From Candidatus Microgenomates bacterium (lineage in GTDB: Bacteria; Patescibacteriota; Microgenomatia; UBA8517): a stretch of 64,000 nucleotides of DNA. Within the stretch, counting starts at the first letter, position 1. Each line of letters starts with the position of its first letter. The position numbers and the translations under genes are program-made. A model generated the notes under the pieces. It did no database searches, was not told where the DNA came from, and saw nothing but the letters and a program-made list of their open reading frames with translations. The stretch is from assembly GCA_049523135.1 (NCBI GenBank), contig JBEKNE010000001.1:455009-519008 (forward strand), written 5' to 3'. Below, one piece after another: positions 1 to 9,172 of the stretch.

Positions 1-3000
1 AGTACTCGCTTCTCGACGGCCTTAGCAATATTTCAAAGCTCTTAGCTCATATTAAAGAAAACGGAATGGATTCGGTGGCCATTACCGACCATGGGGTGAT
101 GTACGGGGAAATTGAATTTTATAAAGAAGCTTTAAAGCAGGGAGTTAAACCAATACTTGGCATGGAGGGCTACATTACTACCGGAAAATTAACCGATAGA
201 CCTGCTCGTGGAGAACTTCAAAATTATCATTTGATACTTTTGGCAAAAAATCATGAGGGCTATCAGAATTTAATGAAAATTTCTTCAATTGCACATCTTG
301 AAGGTTATTATTATCGACCCAGGTTTGATAGAGAAGTTTTGGAAAAGTATTCGAAAGGTTTAATTTGTACTTCGGCTTGTTCATCCGGTGAAATCGGCAG
401 GGCTCTTATTAATGACGAACCGAAAAAAGCTAAAGAGGCTGCGGAGTGGTATCAGAATTTATTCGGTGAAGATTATTATTTGGAGGTTCAGCGGCACGAA
501 TTTGATAAATGGGTAGAAAAATCTAACGATCAGGAAATTAAAACTTCTCTTCGTGACTTAGCGGAGAACGAAAGAAAGTGGGTGGAGGGTATTAAAAAGT
601 TGAGTAGGGAGTTGGGAATTCCCCTGGTTGCCACTAACGACGCACATTATATTAAGCCGGGTGATGCTCTGGCTCAGGATGTTTTGGTATGTATCTCTAC
701 GGGTAAAGTTATTAATGATACTAAAAGAATGCGTTATATTGATGCGCAAACTTTTTATGTCAGAAATCCTGATGAAATGATAGGACTTTTTCGTGATATT
801 CCGGATGCGATTGAGAATACGGTTAAAATTGCTGATAAATGTAATGTTGAGGTTAAGTTGGGAAGCTGGAGTTTTCCGAAGTTTCCCCTTCCAGCAGGTG
901 TTACGGCAGATGAACAACTTAGAAGACTAGCAAAAGAAGGCTTAATAATAAAAATTCCTAAACCCGATAAGGAAACTAACGACAGGCTAGAGTATGAACT
1001 TGGGATTATTTGCAAAAAAGGATATTCTCCCTACTTTCTTATTGTAAGGGATTTGGCCAATTGGACAAAATCACAAGGAATTATTACTAATACAAGAGGT
1101 TCTGCGGCAGGTAGTTTGGTTTCTTATGTCTTGGGGATTACAACGGTTAATCCTCTTAAATATTACTTGCCTTTTGAGAGGTTTCTGAACCCATATAGGC
1201 CGAGCCCTCCCGATATCGATTTTGACGTTGCAGATAACAGAAGAGACGAAATAATCGGTTATATAACCAAAACTTATGGAAAAGAAAGAGTGGCCCAGGT
1301 TTGTACTTTTGGAAGAATGCTAAGCCGGGCTGCCGTTAGGGATGTTGCCAGAGTTTTGGGATACCCTTATTCAACCGGTGACAGAATCGCAAAAATAATT
1401 CCGCCCCCGAAACAGGGTTTTCCGATAACTATTCCGAGAGCGCTTGATGAAGTTATGGAACTTCGGAATTTATATAATGCAGATGCCGATACTAAAAAAG
1501 TGTTGGATTTGGCAATTCAAATTGAAGGAAATGCGAGACACGTTTCTGTCCATGCGGCCGGTGTTGTCGTAGCTCCGACAGAAATAACCGATTTTTCTCC
1601 TGTCCAAAAAGAACCATCCGGAGAAAAAGTAATAACGCAATACGAAATGCATGCCAGCGAGGATGTTGGTTTAATAAAATTTGATATTCTTGGAATTAGG
1701 AATTTATCCATACTTGGGGCAGCGGTTGATATTGTTCAACGTCTTCATAATGTGCAAATAGATTTGCATAAAATTCCGCTTGATGACAAAAAAACTTTTG
1801 AAATGCTGGCAAAAGGAGAGACAATGGGTGTTTTTCAGTTTGCAAGCGGTGGAATGACTAAATATTTAGTGGAGCTTAAACCTACTCAAATCGAAGATCT
1901 TATGGCTATGGTTGCTCTTTACAGACCGGGACCTATATCGCAAATCCCCGAGTATATAAAAAGAAAACATAATCCTAAATTGGTTAAATATTTGGATCCG
2001 AGAATGGAAAAATTCTTAGGTAAATCCTATGGCCTGATTGTTTATCAGGATGATCTTCTTTTCTGTGCTTTGGACTTGGCGGGATATACATGGGAAGAGG
2101 CGGATAAATTTAGAAAAGCCGTTGGTAAAAAGATTCCTGAAGAAATGGCCGCACAAAAAGAAAAATTCATAAAAGGTATTGTTGCTCACGGGCAAACGGA
2201 AAAATTTGCGGAAGACCTTTGGAAACTGTTTGAGCCTTTCCAATCATATGGTTTTAATAAAGCTCATGCAGCTTCTTACGGCATGATTGCTTATCAAACA
2301 GCCTATATGAAAGCTAATTATCCGGTTGAATATATGGCTGCACTTCTTACGGCGGAGTCCGACGATAAAGATAAAATTTCAGCCGCTGTAAGTGAATGCA
2401 AAAGAATGAAAGTAAAAGTATTACCGCCCGATATTAATGAGTCGCAAATAGGTTTTAGTATTGTTAACGATAAAGATTCACTTGAGGGCAAGGCGATTAG
2501 ATTTGGTCTTTCGGCTATTAAAAATGTTGGAGAGGCTGCAATTTCCGCGATTCTTTTATCCCGTAAAGACGGTAAATTTGAATCATTTGCGGATTTTCTG
2601 GGCAGGGTTGATGCCAGAAAAACAAACAAAAAGGTATTGGAAAGTCTGATAAAAGTCGGCGCAATGTCTTCTTTTGGCGGAAGAGCGGCTCTTTTATCTC
2701 TTATGGACTCGATTCGGGATAAGGTTGTTAAAAAAAAGTCGGACGATAATCAACAAGGGCTGTTTGCCACAGGAGAGCTTAAGAAAACGGAATCAGCATC
2801 ATTTGTGAATATTTCCAATGTTCAGGAATTTTCTGATGAGGAAATGGAATCACTTGAGAGGCAACTTTTGGGGCTTTCGCTTTCGGCAAAGCCGGTTAGC
2901 GAGTTAATCGGTTCTCTTAGCTTCCAGTCAACTCATAAGATTGACGAAATTTTAACTGCGGTTGTTATCCCGGATCATGTGCGGGTTGCGGGTGTTGTAA

Positions 3001-3443
3001 GTACCGTCAGGGTAATTGTGACTAAAAAATCAGGTGCTGAAATGGCTTTTGCCAAGATAGATGACGGGACAGGAACCATTGAAGTCGTTGTATTTCCGAG
3101 CATTTTTAAAGAAACCCGTGATTTTTGGGCTGAAGGTCAGCCCTTACTCCTTGTCGGTAAGGTCGATGTCCGTGACGAGACCCCAGGAATTATAGTTGAA
3201 TCAATCGAAACTCTCTCCAGTTTGAGTGAGAAAAAAGAAAGGGAAGTTTTTATTAAAGTCCCCAAAAGTACAGACGTAAACTCTCTAAAAAGACTTAAAA
3301 CTCTTTTAACCGAGAATTTAGGCGAGCACACGGCGTTTTTGATTTTTGATGAAGGTAAAAAAGTTGCACTGCCTTTTAAGATAGCTTGGGATGAATCTTT
3401 GGCTAAACAAATATCCGAAATTCTGGAAAATACATCTTCTTGA
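1..3443 (+). CDS. dnaE: DNA polymerase III alpha subunit (5' truncated by window edge)
   Basis: Frame is open from nt 3 (YSLLDG...). Motifs: PHP AITDHG/TNDAHY, RGSAAGS, PDIDFD, YGFNKAHA and a C-terminal OB fold. Confidence 0.98.
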   Translation, partial: YSLLDGLSNISKLLAHIKENGMDSVAITDHGVMYGEIEFYKEALKQGVKPILGMEGYITTGKLTDRPARGELQNYHLILLAKNHEGYQNLMKISSIAHLEGYYYRPRFDREVLEKYSKGLICTSACSSGEIGRALINDEPKKAKEAAEWYQNLFGEDYYLEVQRHEFDKWVEKSNDQEIKTSLRDLAENERKWVEGIKKLSRELGIPLVATNDAHYIKPGDALAQDVLVCISTGKVINDTKRMRYIDAQTFYVRNPDEMIGLFRDIPDAIENTVKIADKCNVEVKLGSWSFPKFPLPAGVTADEQLRRLAKEGLIIKIPKPDKETNDRLEYELGIICKKGYSPYFLIVRDLANWTKSQGIITNTRGSAAGSLVSYVLGITTVNPLKYYLPFERFLNPYRPSPPDIDFDVADNRRDEIIGYITKTYGKERVAQVCTFGRMLSRAAVRDVARVLGYPYSTGDRIAKIIPPPKQGFPITIPRALDEVMELRNLYNADADTKKVLDLAIQIEGNARHVSVHAAGVVVAPTEITDFSPVQKEPSGEKVITQYEMHASEDVGLIKFDILGIRNLSILGAAVDIVQRLHNVQIDLHKIPLDDKKTFEMLAKGETMGVFQFASGGMTKYLVELKPTQIEDLMAMVALYRPGPISQIPEYIKRKHNPKLVKYLDPRMEKFLGKSYGLIVYQDDLLFCALDLAGYTWEEADKFRKAVGKKIPEEMAAQKEKFIKGIVAHGQTEKFAEDLWKLFEPFQSYGFNKAHAASYGMIAYQTAYMKANYPVEYMAALLTAESDDKDKISAAVSECKRMKVKVLPPDINESQIGFSIVNDKDSLEGKAIRFGLSAIKNVGEAAISAILLSRKDGKFESFADFLGRVDARKTNKKVLESLIKVGAMSSFGGRAALLSLMDSIRDKVVKKKSDDNQQGLFATGELKKTESASFVNISNVQEFSDEEMESLERQLLGLSLSAKPVSELIGSLSFQSTHKIDEILTAVVIPDHVRVAGVVSTVRVIVTKKSGAEMAFAKIDDGTGTIEVVVFPSIFKETRDFWAEGQPLLLVGKVDVRDETPGIIVESIETLSSLSEKKEREVFIKVPKSTDVNSLKRLKTLLTENLGEHTAFLIFDEGKKVALPFKIAWDESLAKQISEILENTSS

Positions 3444-3476
3444 AGCTAAAGCTACTTTCCTGTACAATATCAATCT

Positions 3477-3848
3477 ATGGCACTAACAATTACAATTAAA
3501 GACACGGAATTTGGAATTGGCGATAGGGTGCGTGTTGTCCAGAAAATTAAAGAAGGAGATAAATCCCGTGAGGCCATTTTTGAAGGAATGGTAATTGGTA
3601 TTAAAGGCAGGGAGCCCGGAAAAACATTTCTTGTTAGAAGGACGGGTGAAGCAGGCATCGGTATCGAAAGAATCTTTCCTGTCAACTTACCCACTATCAG
3701 CAAAATTACCATTGTTAAAAGTGGAGTAAAAGGTGTCAAAAGAGCCAAACTCTACTATATAAGAAATAAAGCACTTACAGAAATAGAAACGATCTTCAAG
3801 AGAGCGGCTTTAAGAACAAAAAGTCGTGGCGATAAGAGCAACAAGTAA
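3477..3848 (+). CDS. rplS: 50S ribosomal protein L19
   Basis: GDRVRV..KIKEG, FEG.VI, GIERIFP, VKRAKLYYIR. Confidence 0.97.
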   Translation: MALTITIKDTEFGIGDRVRVVQKIKEGDKSREAIFEGMVIGIKGREPGKTFLVRRTGEAGIGIERIFPVNLPTISKITIVKSGVKGVKRAKLYYIRNKALTEIETIFKRAALRTKSRGDKSNK

Positions 3849-3967
3849 ATTTGGAAAATTTTCGGAAGACTTCGCGGTAAGATTTCTTGGTGAAAAAAGG
3901 ATGTAAAATTATTGACAGGAACTTTAGCGGAAGGGTTAATTCCCCCAGAATTATAATTGTGGATTAA
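3826..3967 (+). pseudogene. YraN-family endonuclease N-terminal remnant
   Basis: GKFSEDFAVRFL, then in a shifted frame VKKGCKIIDRNF, which resembles the YraN N-terminus. Stops after about 46 codons. Position after rplS is typical. Confidence 0.55.
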
Positions 3968-4032
3968 AATCCTTGTTGCGGACTATTTTCATATAGTCTA
4001 AATTGAATATATAAGGAAGGTGGTGATAAAAA

Positions 4033-4293
4033 ATGAATAGTTATTTTTATGGAAATCCTACAGCGTTAATGTTTCCTGGGATTATGGCAGGATGGTTAAG
4101 TGCTTTTTTGATTCCGGTTACACTTTGGAGTCTTTTTTGGATGGGTTGGGCTCTTTGGAGAGCGGCTAAAAATGGCAGTAAAATCTGGTTTATAGTTTTA
4201 TTGCTTGTCCATACAATGGGAATTCTAGACATTTTGTATATTTTTATATTTTCCCAAAAAAGTTGGACAAAATCTGGTAAGAAATCCAAGTAA
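4033..4293 (+). CDS. small membrane protein (DUF5652-like)
   Basis: WSLFWMGWALWRAAKN..K.WFIVLL...T.GIL.ILYIF. Confidence 0.8.
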   Translation: MNSYFYGNPTALMFPGIMAGWLSAFLIPVTLWSLFWMGWALWRAAKNGSKIWFIVLLLVHTMGILDILYIFIFSQKSWTKSGKKSK

Positions 4294-4297
4294 CTTC

Positions 4298-4325
4298 TTG
4301 ACAACAATATAAGGGCTGATAAAAT
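4298..4325 (+). promoter_or_regulatory. sigma70-type promoter upstream of the non-coding locus
   Basis: TTGACA (4298), 16-nt spacer, TG-n-TAAAAT (4317-4325). Confidence 0.65.
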
Positions 4326-4332
4326 CCTATTC

Positions 4333-4916
4333 ATCGGTAGCAGTTGTGGTATCGAGATAATGAGACTAACGCTCGGTGGTTGCAATGCCCACATCCTCCG
4401 AAGGGTTGCTCGTGTCATGTGAGAGAAAGATGAGTCTCGATCTTTCTCTGTAATAATTGCACATTTATTTTTTATTGTGCGAGTGTAGCTCAGAGGTGAA
4501 GAGCGGGAGATATAACTACTCAAAAACTTTTGAGGAGGGTAATCTCTAAATCGGTGGGTTCGAATCCCCCCACTTGCGATTGGTAAGCGCTATGGAATAC
4601 TGCTGGAAGTGAAAGATCTTTTATGATCAGCTGGGTTGCGCGCGCTTACAAAAATCTCGGTACCCGATACCGAGTCCTTTAGACAGATATAGGTTAGATG
4701 TTTGCGTCTAAAGGCGGCGGCAAGAAGAGGTCAAGGAAGCGAATCGGGCGTGGAGGCCTCTTCTTACGTGTATGATGTTTTACATAAACTTGCCAAAATA
4801 TGCGGCAGAATAAGTGTAGAACACCTAAAGATTTTTGCGGGCAGGCTACTGTCACGAGATTTTTCTTGATGTCTTTTCGACATTTTGAGATTTTTTGTGA
4901 TAGTAATACCTGCCCG
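4333..4916 (+). ncRNA. putative large structured ncRNA locus
   Basis: Series of stems at 4422/4449, 4583/4649, 4656/4674, 4676/4714, 4722/4765 and 4838/4916, plus an embedded tRNA-like domain. No credible ORF. Confidence 0.6.
4479..4578 (+). ncRNA. tRNA-like element with 25 extra nt in the anticodon loop
   Basis: Acceptor GCGAGTG/CACTTGC, D arm GCTC..GAGC, stem GGAGA/TCTCT closing a 32-nt loop, T arm GTGGG-TTCGAAT-CCCCC. Confidence 0.7.
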
Positions 4917-4965
4917 TGTTCGTTTTAATGGTATATAATTGCGTTGAGGTGCTTTCAATCAAAAA

Positions 4966-5478
4966 ATGTTAATACTTGGAATCGATCCCGGTACTGCTAC
5001 AACCGGTTTTGGATTGGTAAATTTTACCAAAAAAGGTAACGAAGTTATCGAGTGGGGACTTATTGAGACAGACAAAAAACTTCTTAAAGAAAAACGTCTT
5101 GACTTCATTTTTGAAGAAACATTGAAACTTATTAAAAAACATAATCCTGATGTGTTTGTTTTTGAAAAGGTTTTTTTCTCCAATAATGCCAAAACAGTAA
5201 TAGCGGTTGGACAGGCTCAAGGTGTAATGCTTTTAGCGGCAGGTAAAATGGGAGTACATATTGAAGAATATGCACCAGGAACTATTAAAAAGATGATTAC
5301 TGGAAATGGTCGTGCCAAGAAAAAGGAAGTTCAGGAGCATTTGAGAAAAATTTTAGGTTCCCGTGTAAAAAGCGAGGCGCATAAAAAAACTCATTTTGAC
5401 GATGCCGCCGATGCTTTGGCGATTGCACTTACTCACGCATTTAAATTAGGAGAAAAAGGGGGTGATAAAGTTGTTTAA
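4966..5478 (+). CDS. ruvC: Holliday junction resolvase
   Basis: ILGIDPG, E.VFF..N, TG.GRA.K..VQ, DDAADALAIA. Confidence 0.96.
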   Translation: MLILGIDPGTATTGFGLVNFTKKGNEVIEWGLIETDKKLLKEKRLDFIFEETLKLIKKHNPDVFVFEKVFFSNNAKTVIAVGQAQGVMLLAAGKMGVHIEEYAPGTIKKMITGNGRAKKKEVQEHLRKILGSRVKSEAHKKTHFDDAADALAIALTHAFKLGEKGGDKVV

Positions 5479-5716
5479 AGTCGGTCGTGTTACTCATTAT
5501 TATGACAAAATCGGAGTTGCTATAGTTGAGGTTGATGCTCCTCTGGCTGTGGGGGATGAAATTAAATTTGTTCGTGGAGGAGAAGATGTAGGAAAAGAAA
5601 AGGTTGAGTCCATTCAAATAGAACACGAAAAAAAGGATTCCGCAGGGAAAGGGGATGTGGTAGGATTGAAAGTCAATGAAGCGGTCAAGGAAGGCACGGA
5701 AGTATTCAAAATTTGA
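5462..5716 (+). CDS. small beta-barrel protein (EF-Tu domain II / U32 C-terminal-like)
   Basis: VGRVTHYYDKIGVA...SIQIEH...A.KGD.VGLKV. Confidence 0.75.
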   Translation: MIKLFKVGRVTHYYDKIGVAIVEVDAPLAVGDEIKFVRGGEDVGKEKVESIQIEHEKKDSAGKGDVVGLKVNEAVKEGTEVFKI

Positions 5717-6098
5717 GTGGGCTGAAGCACCCGATATAAGAAAACGGGTTCTTCGTTTGATGGAAGATCTTCAGTTGGATTATCTTTTGGGTGAAAGATT
5801 GTTCTTTTACCGTTCACAAGGTTCTAAAGCACGGGCTTATGCCAGAACATGGGGGTTGCCAAAGCTTTGGCAGAATGCACTCAAAGTAGAGCCCGCGTAC
5901 ATTATCGAAGTAATTTCCAAGTATTTTGATAAGCTTCCGCAGCGTGAACAGGATAAAGTTCTTCTTCATGAAATAAGTCATATCCCAAAAAACTTTTCGG
6001 GTGCGTTAGTGGCACATACCCATAGACGCAAAGGAAGTTTTAAGGACAAGCTTGACGATTTAGTAGCAAGATATTTGGAAGATTCTCGAAAGATATGA
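5676..6098 (+). CDS. putative zinc metallopeptidase
   Basis: VLLHEISHIP (HExxH), AYARTWGLP. Confidence 0.7.
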   Translation: MKRSRKARKYSKFEWAEAPDIRKRVLRLMEDLQLDYLLGERLFFYRSQGSKARAYARTWGLPKLWQNALKVEPAYIIEVISKYFDKLPQREQDKVLLHEISHIPKNFSGALVAHTHRRKGSFKDKLDDLVARYLEDSRKI

Positions 6099-6769
6099 AG
6101 ATCATTATTTTACACGGTGACGACGAGAAAAAAATTTATGAACGTATACAGAAATTCATACATGTAACGAAAGAGCGCGGTTGGGAAGTTGCCTATCTTG
6201 ATGAATCCGTCAGCCCTATTCAGGAGCAACTAAGCGCCACATCACTTTTCAGTAAAAACAGGTTTTTTATCTTAAGCGACACCTCAAAACTAGGAAAAAA
6301 AGAGGTTCAATGGCTGAATAAAAATTATGAAAACCTGGACGGAACTCTGATTATTTATCACGAAGGAGCTCTCAGTATAACCTTCCTTAAATCATTGCCA
6401 AAAGAAAGTAAGATTGAGGAATTTAAATTGCCGGTGATTCTTTGGAACTTTTTGGACAATCTTATTCCAGGAAATTCAGTAAAAAGTATAAAGGATTTTC
6501 ATAAAATTATCGAAAAACAGGCTCCGGAATTTATTATTACTTTGATTGCTAAACTGTTTCGTGATCTTTATTGGATTAAAATGGACCCAAAAAGTGTCCA
6601 GTTGCCTCCGTGGCGTGTTCAAAAACTAAAAAATCAAGCATCGCATTTTACGGCTCAACAGCTGAATCAGTTTATCAGTTGTCTCTCAGACATTGATATT
6701 AAAGTTAAATCATCAAAGGCAAATTTAACTGATGAGCTTGACCTACTCATTATTAAACAATTAGAATAA
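6095..6769 (+). CDS. holA: DNA polymerase III delta subunit (short form)
   Basis: IIILHGDD, SLFS, LWNFLD, PWRVQK, L.DID.KVKS. Confidence 0.75.
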   Translation: MKIIILHGDDEKKIYERIQKFIHVTKERGWEVAYLDESVSPIQEQLSATSLFSKNRFFILSDTSKLGKKEVQWLNKNYENLDGTLIIYHEGALSITFLKSLPKESKIEEFKLPVILWNFLDNLIPGNSVKSIKDFHKIIEKQAPEFIITLIAKLFRDLYWIKMDPKSVQLPPWRVQKLKNQASHFTAQQLNQFISCLSDIDIKVKSSKANLTDELDLLIIKQLE

Positions 6770-6782
6770 TATAAGCTAAAAA

Positions 6783-8147
6783 ATGATAATAGACCCTACA
6801 ATTTTTAAAGACTACGATATCAGAGCCATTGCCGGGAAACAGGTCGATGAAGAAGGAATGGTTCGTATCGCCCAGGCGATTATCAAAGTATTTTCTCCTA
6901 AACAAGTTCAAATTGGTCACGATATGCGAATAACTTCTCCCTTATACCACAGATTGTTCATTGAAACATTTATTAATGCTGGTATTAATGTTTTTGACTT
7001 GGGTTTTGTTTCTACGGACATGCTTTACTATGCGGCCGGTGTTTATGATGAAGATTTATCGATAACAATTAGTGCGTCGCATAACCCCCCTGAATATAAC
7101 GGAATAAAAATGGCCAAGAAAGGCTCTCTTCCTGTTAGCGAGACTTATCAAATTAGAGATCTTGCTATTTCGAACGAAGATCTGACTTCGAAATCTGATA
7201 AAAAGGGAGTTTTGAAAAAAAGAGACATTAAAGAAGAATGGGTAAATCATCTCTTGAAATTTATTGACGTATCTAAAATGAAACCATTTAAGGTTGTTTG
7301 TGATACGGGAAACGGAATGGCTGGGTATTATTTGCCTCGATTAGAAGAAAAGCTTCCATGGAAAGTAACACGTCTTTTTTATAAATTGGACGGAACATTT
7401 CCCAATCATCCTGCGAGTCCAATTGAAGAAAAAAATCGGTTGGATTGTGTTAATAAGGTTAAGAGTGAGAGCGCGGACTTTGGTTTAGTGTTTGACGGAG
7501 ATGGTGATCGTGTATTTATGATTGATGAAAAAGGCAGAGCTCTTTCAGGAACGATAATGACTGCGATAGTTGCAGAGAACGTTCTTAAGAATAAACCAGG
7601 ATCAATAATTATGTACAATGCCATAGTGGGTCGTGTAGTGCCTGAAGTTATAATCCGAAATGGAGGCAAGCCGGTTCGCGTACGTGTTGGTTATACGTTA
7701 ATCAAAAAGGCAATGAGAGAACAAGATGCTGAATTTTGCGGAGAACACTCCGGACATTATTTCTTTAAGGATAATTTCTTTGCGGATTCGGCTATTATTG
7801 CGGCGCTTCTTGTTGCAGAGATGATGTCAGTGAAGAATAAAAAATTGTCCGAACTTTATGATGAATATGATAAATATAAGAGCTCTCAGGAAATAAATTT
7901 CACTGTCGATGATAAAGAAAAAGTTATGAAGTCCATTGAAGCTGAGTTCAAAGATTCCGCCGATTCTATAGACTGGCTTGATGGGGTCTCTGTATGGTTT
8001 AAGGACTATTGGTTTAATGTCAGACCTTCCAATACGGAGCCGCTATTAAGATTAAATGTCGAGGCGGACAATTCAATCCTTTTGGAGGAAAAGATTAAAG
8101 AACTGGTAGCAAAGATTAAATCACTGGGAGGAAAAGAAAAAATATGA
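6783..8147 (+). CDS. manB: phosphomannomutase/phosphoglucomutase
   Basis: IFKDYDIR, SASHNP, FDGDGDR, GEHSGH, RPSNTEP. Confidence 0.95.
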   Translation: MIIDPTIFKDYDIRAIAGKQVDEEGMVRIAQAIIKVFSPKQVQIGHDMRITSPLYHRLFIETFINAGINVFDLGFVSTDMLYYAAGVYDEDLSITISASHNPPEYNGIKMAKKGSLPVSETYQIRDLAISNEDLTSKSDKKGVLKKRDIKEEWVNHLLKFIDVSKMKPFKVVCDTGNGMAGYYLPRLEEKLPWKVTRLFYKLDGTFPNHPASPIEEKNRLDCVNKVKSESADFGLVFDGDGDRVFMIDEKGRALSGTIMTAIVAENVLKNKPGSIIMYNAIVGRVVPEVIIRNGGKPVRVRVGYTLIKKAMREQDAEFCGEHSGHYFFKDNFFADSAIIAALLVAEMMSVKNKKLSELYDEYDKYKSSQEINFTVDDKEKVMKSIEAEFKDSADSIDWLDGVSVWFKDYWFNVRPSNTEPLLRLNVEADNSILLEEKIKELVAKIKSLGGKEKI

Positions 8148-9145
8148 CTGATACCCTCGGAATAGAAGAAGCTTTAAATTTATTTCCGGACCAACTGAGA
8201 GAGGCTTGGAGTCAGGCGGCGTCTTTCGAACTGCCAAAAATTACTTCCAAAAAAATAATAATAAGCGGAATGGGTGGTTCTTCTCTTGCCGGAAGAATTA
8301 TTTCTTCACTCTATGAAAGAGAAGGTGATATTGAAATCTCTGTTTTTAACGATTATGGAATGCCTTCCTATATCGATTCTTCCTGGACTTTAATTGCCAA
8401 TAGTTATTCTGGCAGTACCGAGGAAACTCTCTCGGCAATAAATGTTGCGAAAGAAAAAGGAATTAAAATTTACGGAGTTAGCACCGGAGGAAAAATTGGA
8501 GAAATGATAAAATCCGGTGAAATTTACGGTGTAGTTCTGATACCTACAACCAATCCTTCTAATTATCCGAAATCTGCACTTGGAGTTTCTTTGGGAGGAC
8601 TTCTCGGATTAATGTCAAAGTTGGGAGTAATAAATTTGTCTGCCGAAAAATTTGAAAAATCCGTCAATGAACTAATCGAAATCAGAAAAAATTGGGATGT
8701 TAAGTCAGAGGCTTCAAAAATGAGTCAAAAAATTCCGGCTCTTATAGCCGCACGGCCGCTTTTGGGATCTCTTCATGCAGGCAGAAATGTTATTAATGAA
8801 ATTGGTCGTACTTTCGCCACATTTTTTGATCTACCTGAACTGGATCACCATCTTGTTGAAGCAACGATGTTTCCTAGGAATTTATATAAAGATATCTATT
8901 ATTTATTCTTTATAAGTGATCTATATCCGGAGAGAATTAAAACCAGAATTAAAATTTCGGAAGATTTGTTTACCGAACAAAAGTTAAATTTTGGTGAAAT
9001 GAAACTCTCAGGATCTAATTTTTTAACACAGGCCTTGGAAATTCCCCACTTTTGTGCATGGCTAGCTTTTCGCCTATCCGAATTAAATGGGTTAGATCCC
9101 GGTCCTGAACCTTGGATTATTAAGCTCAAAGAATCTCTTTCGTAG
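8144..9145 (+). CDS. bifunctional phosphoglucose/phosphomannose isomerase (SIS)
   Basis: SGMGGS, SYSG.TEET, NE, PELDH, LK..L C-terminus. Confidence 0.85.
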   Translation: MTDTLGIEEALNLFPDQLREAWSQAASFELPKITSKKIIISGMGGSSLAGRIISSLYEREGDIEISVFNDYGMPSYIDSSWTLIANSYSGSTEETLSAINVAKEKGIKIYGVSTGGKIGEMIKSGEIYGVVLIPTTNPSNYPKSALGVSLGGLLGLMSKLGVINLSAEKFEKSVNELIEIRKNWDVKSEASKMSQKIPALIAARPLLGSLHAGRNVINEIGRTFATFFDLPELDHHLVEATMFPRNLYKDIYYLFFISDLYPERIKTRIKISEDLFTEQKLNFGEMKLSGSNFLTQALEIPHFCAWLAFRLSELNGLDPGPEPWIIKLKESLS

Positions 9146-9172
9146 CCTGTTCATTAATGGTATAGTTAGTTT

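Noticed and set aside
4047-4523. 158-aa minus-strand ORF across the ncRNA locus
   Set aside because: It is a shadow of a real gene plus structured RNA and has no protein-like features.
4333-4916. tmRNA, RNase P or SRP identity for the structured locus
   Set aside because: There is no GAGGAAAGUCC and no SRP loop, and the tRNA-like domain is contiguous with no tag ORF inside it.
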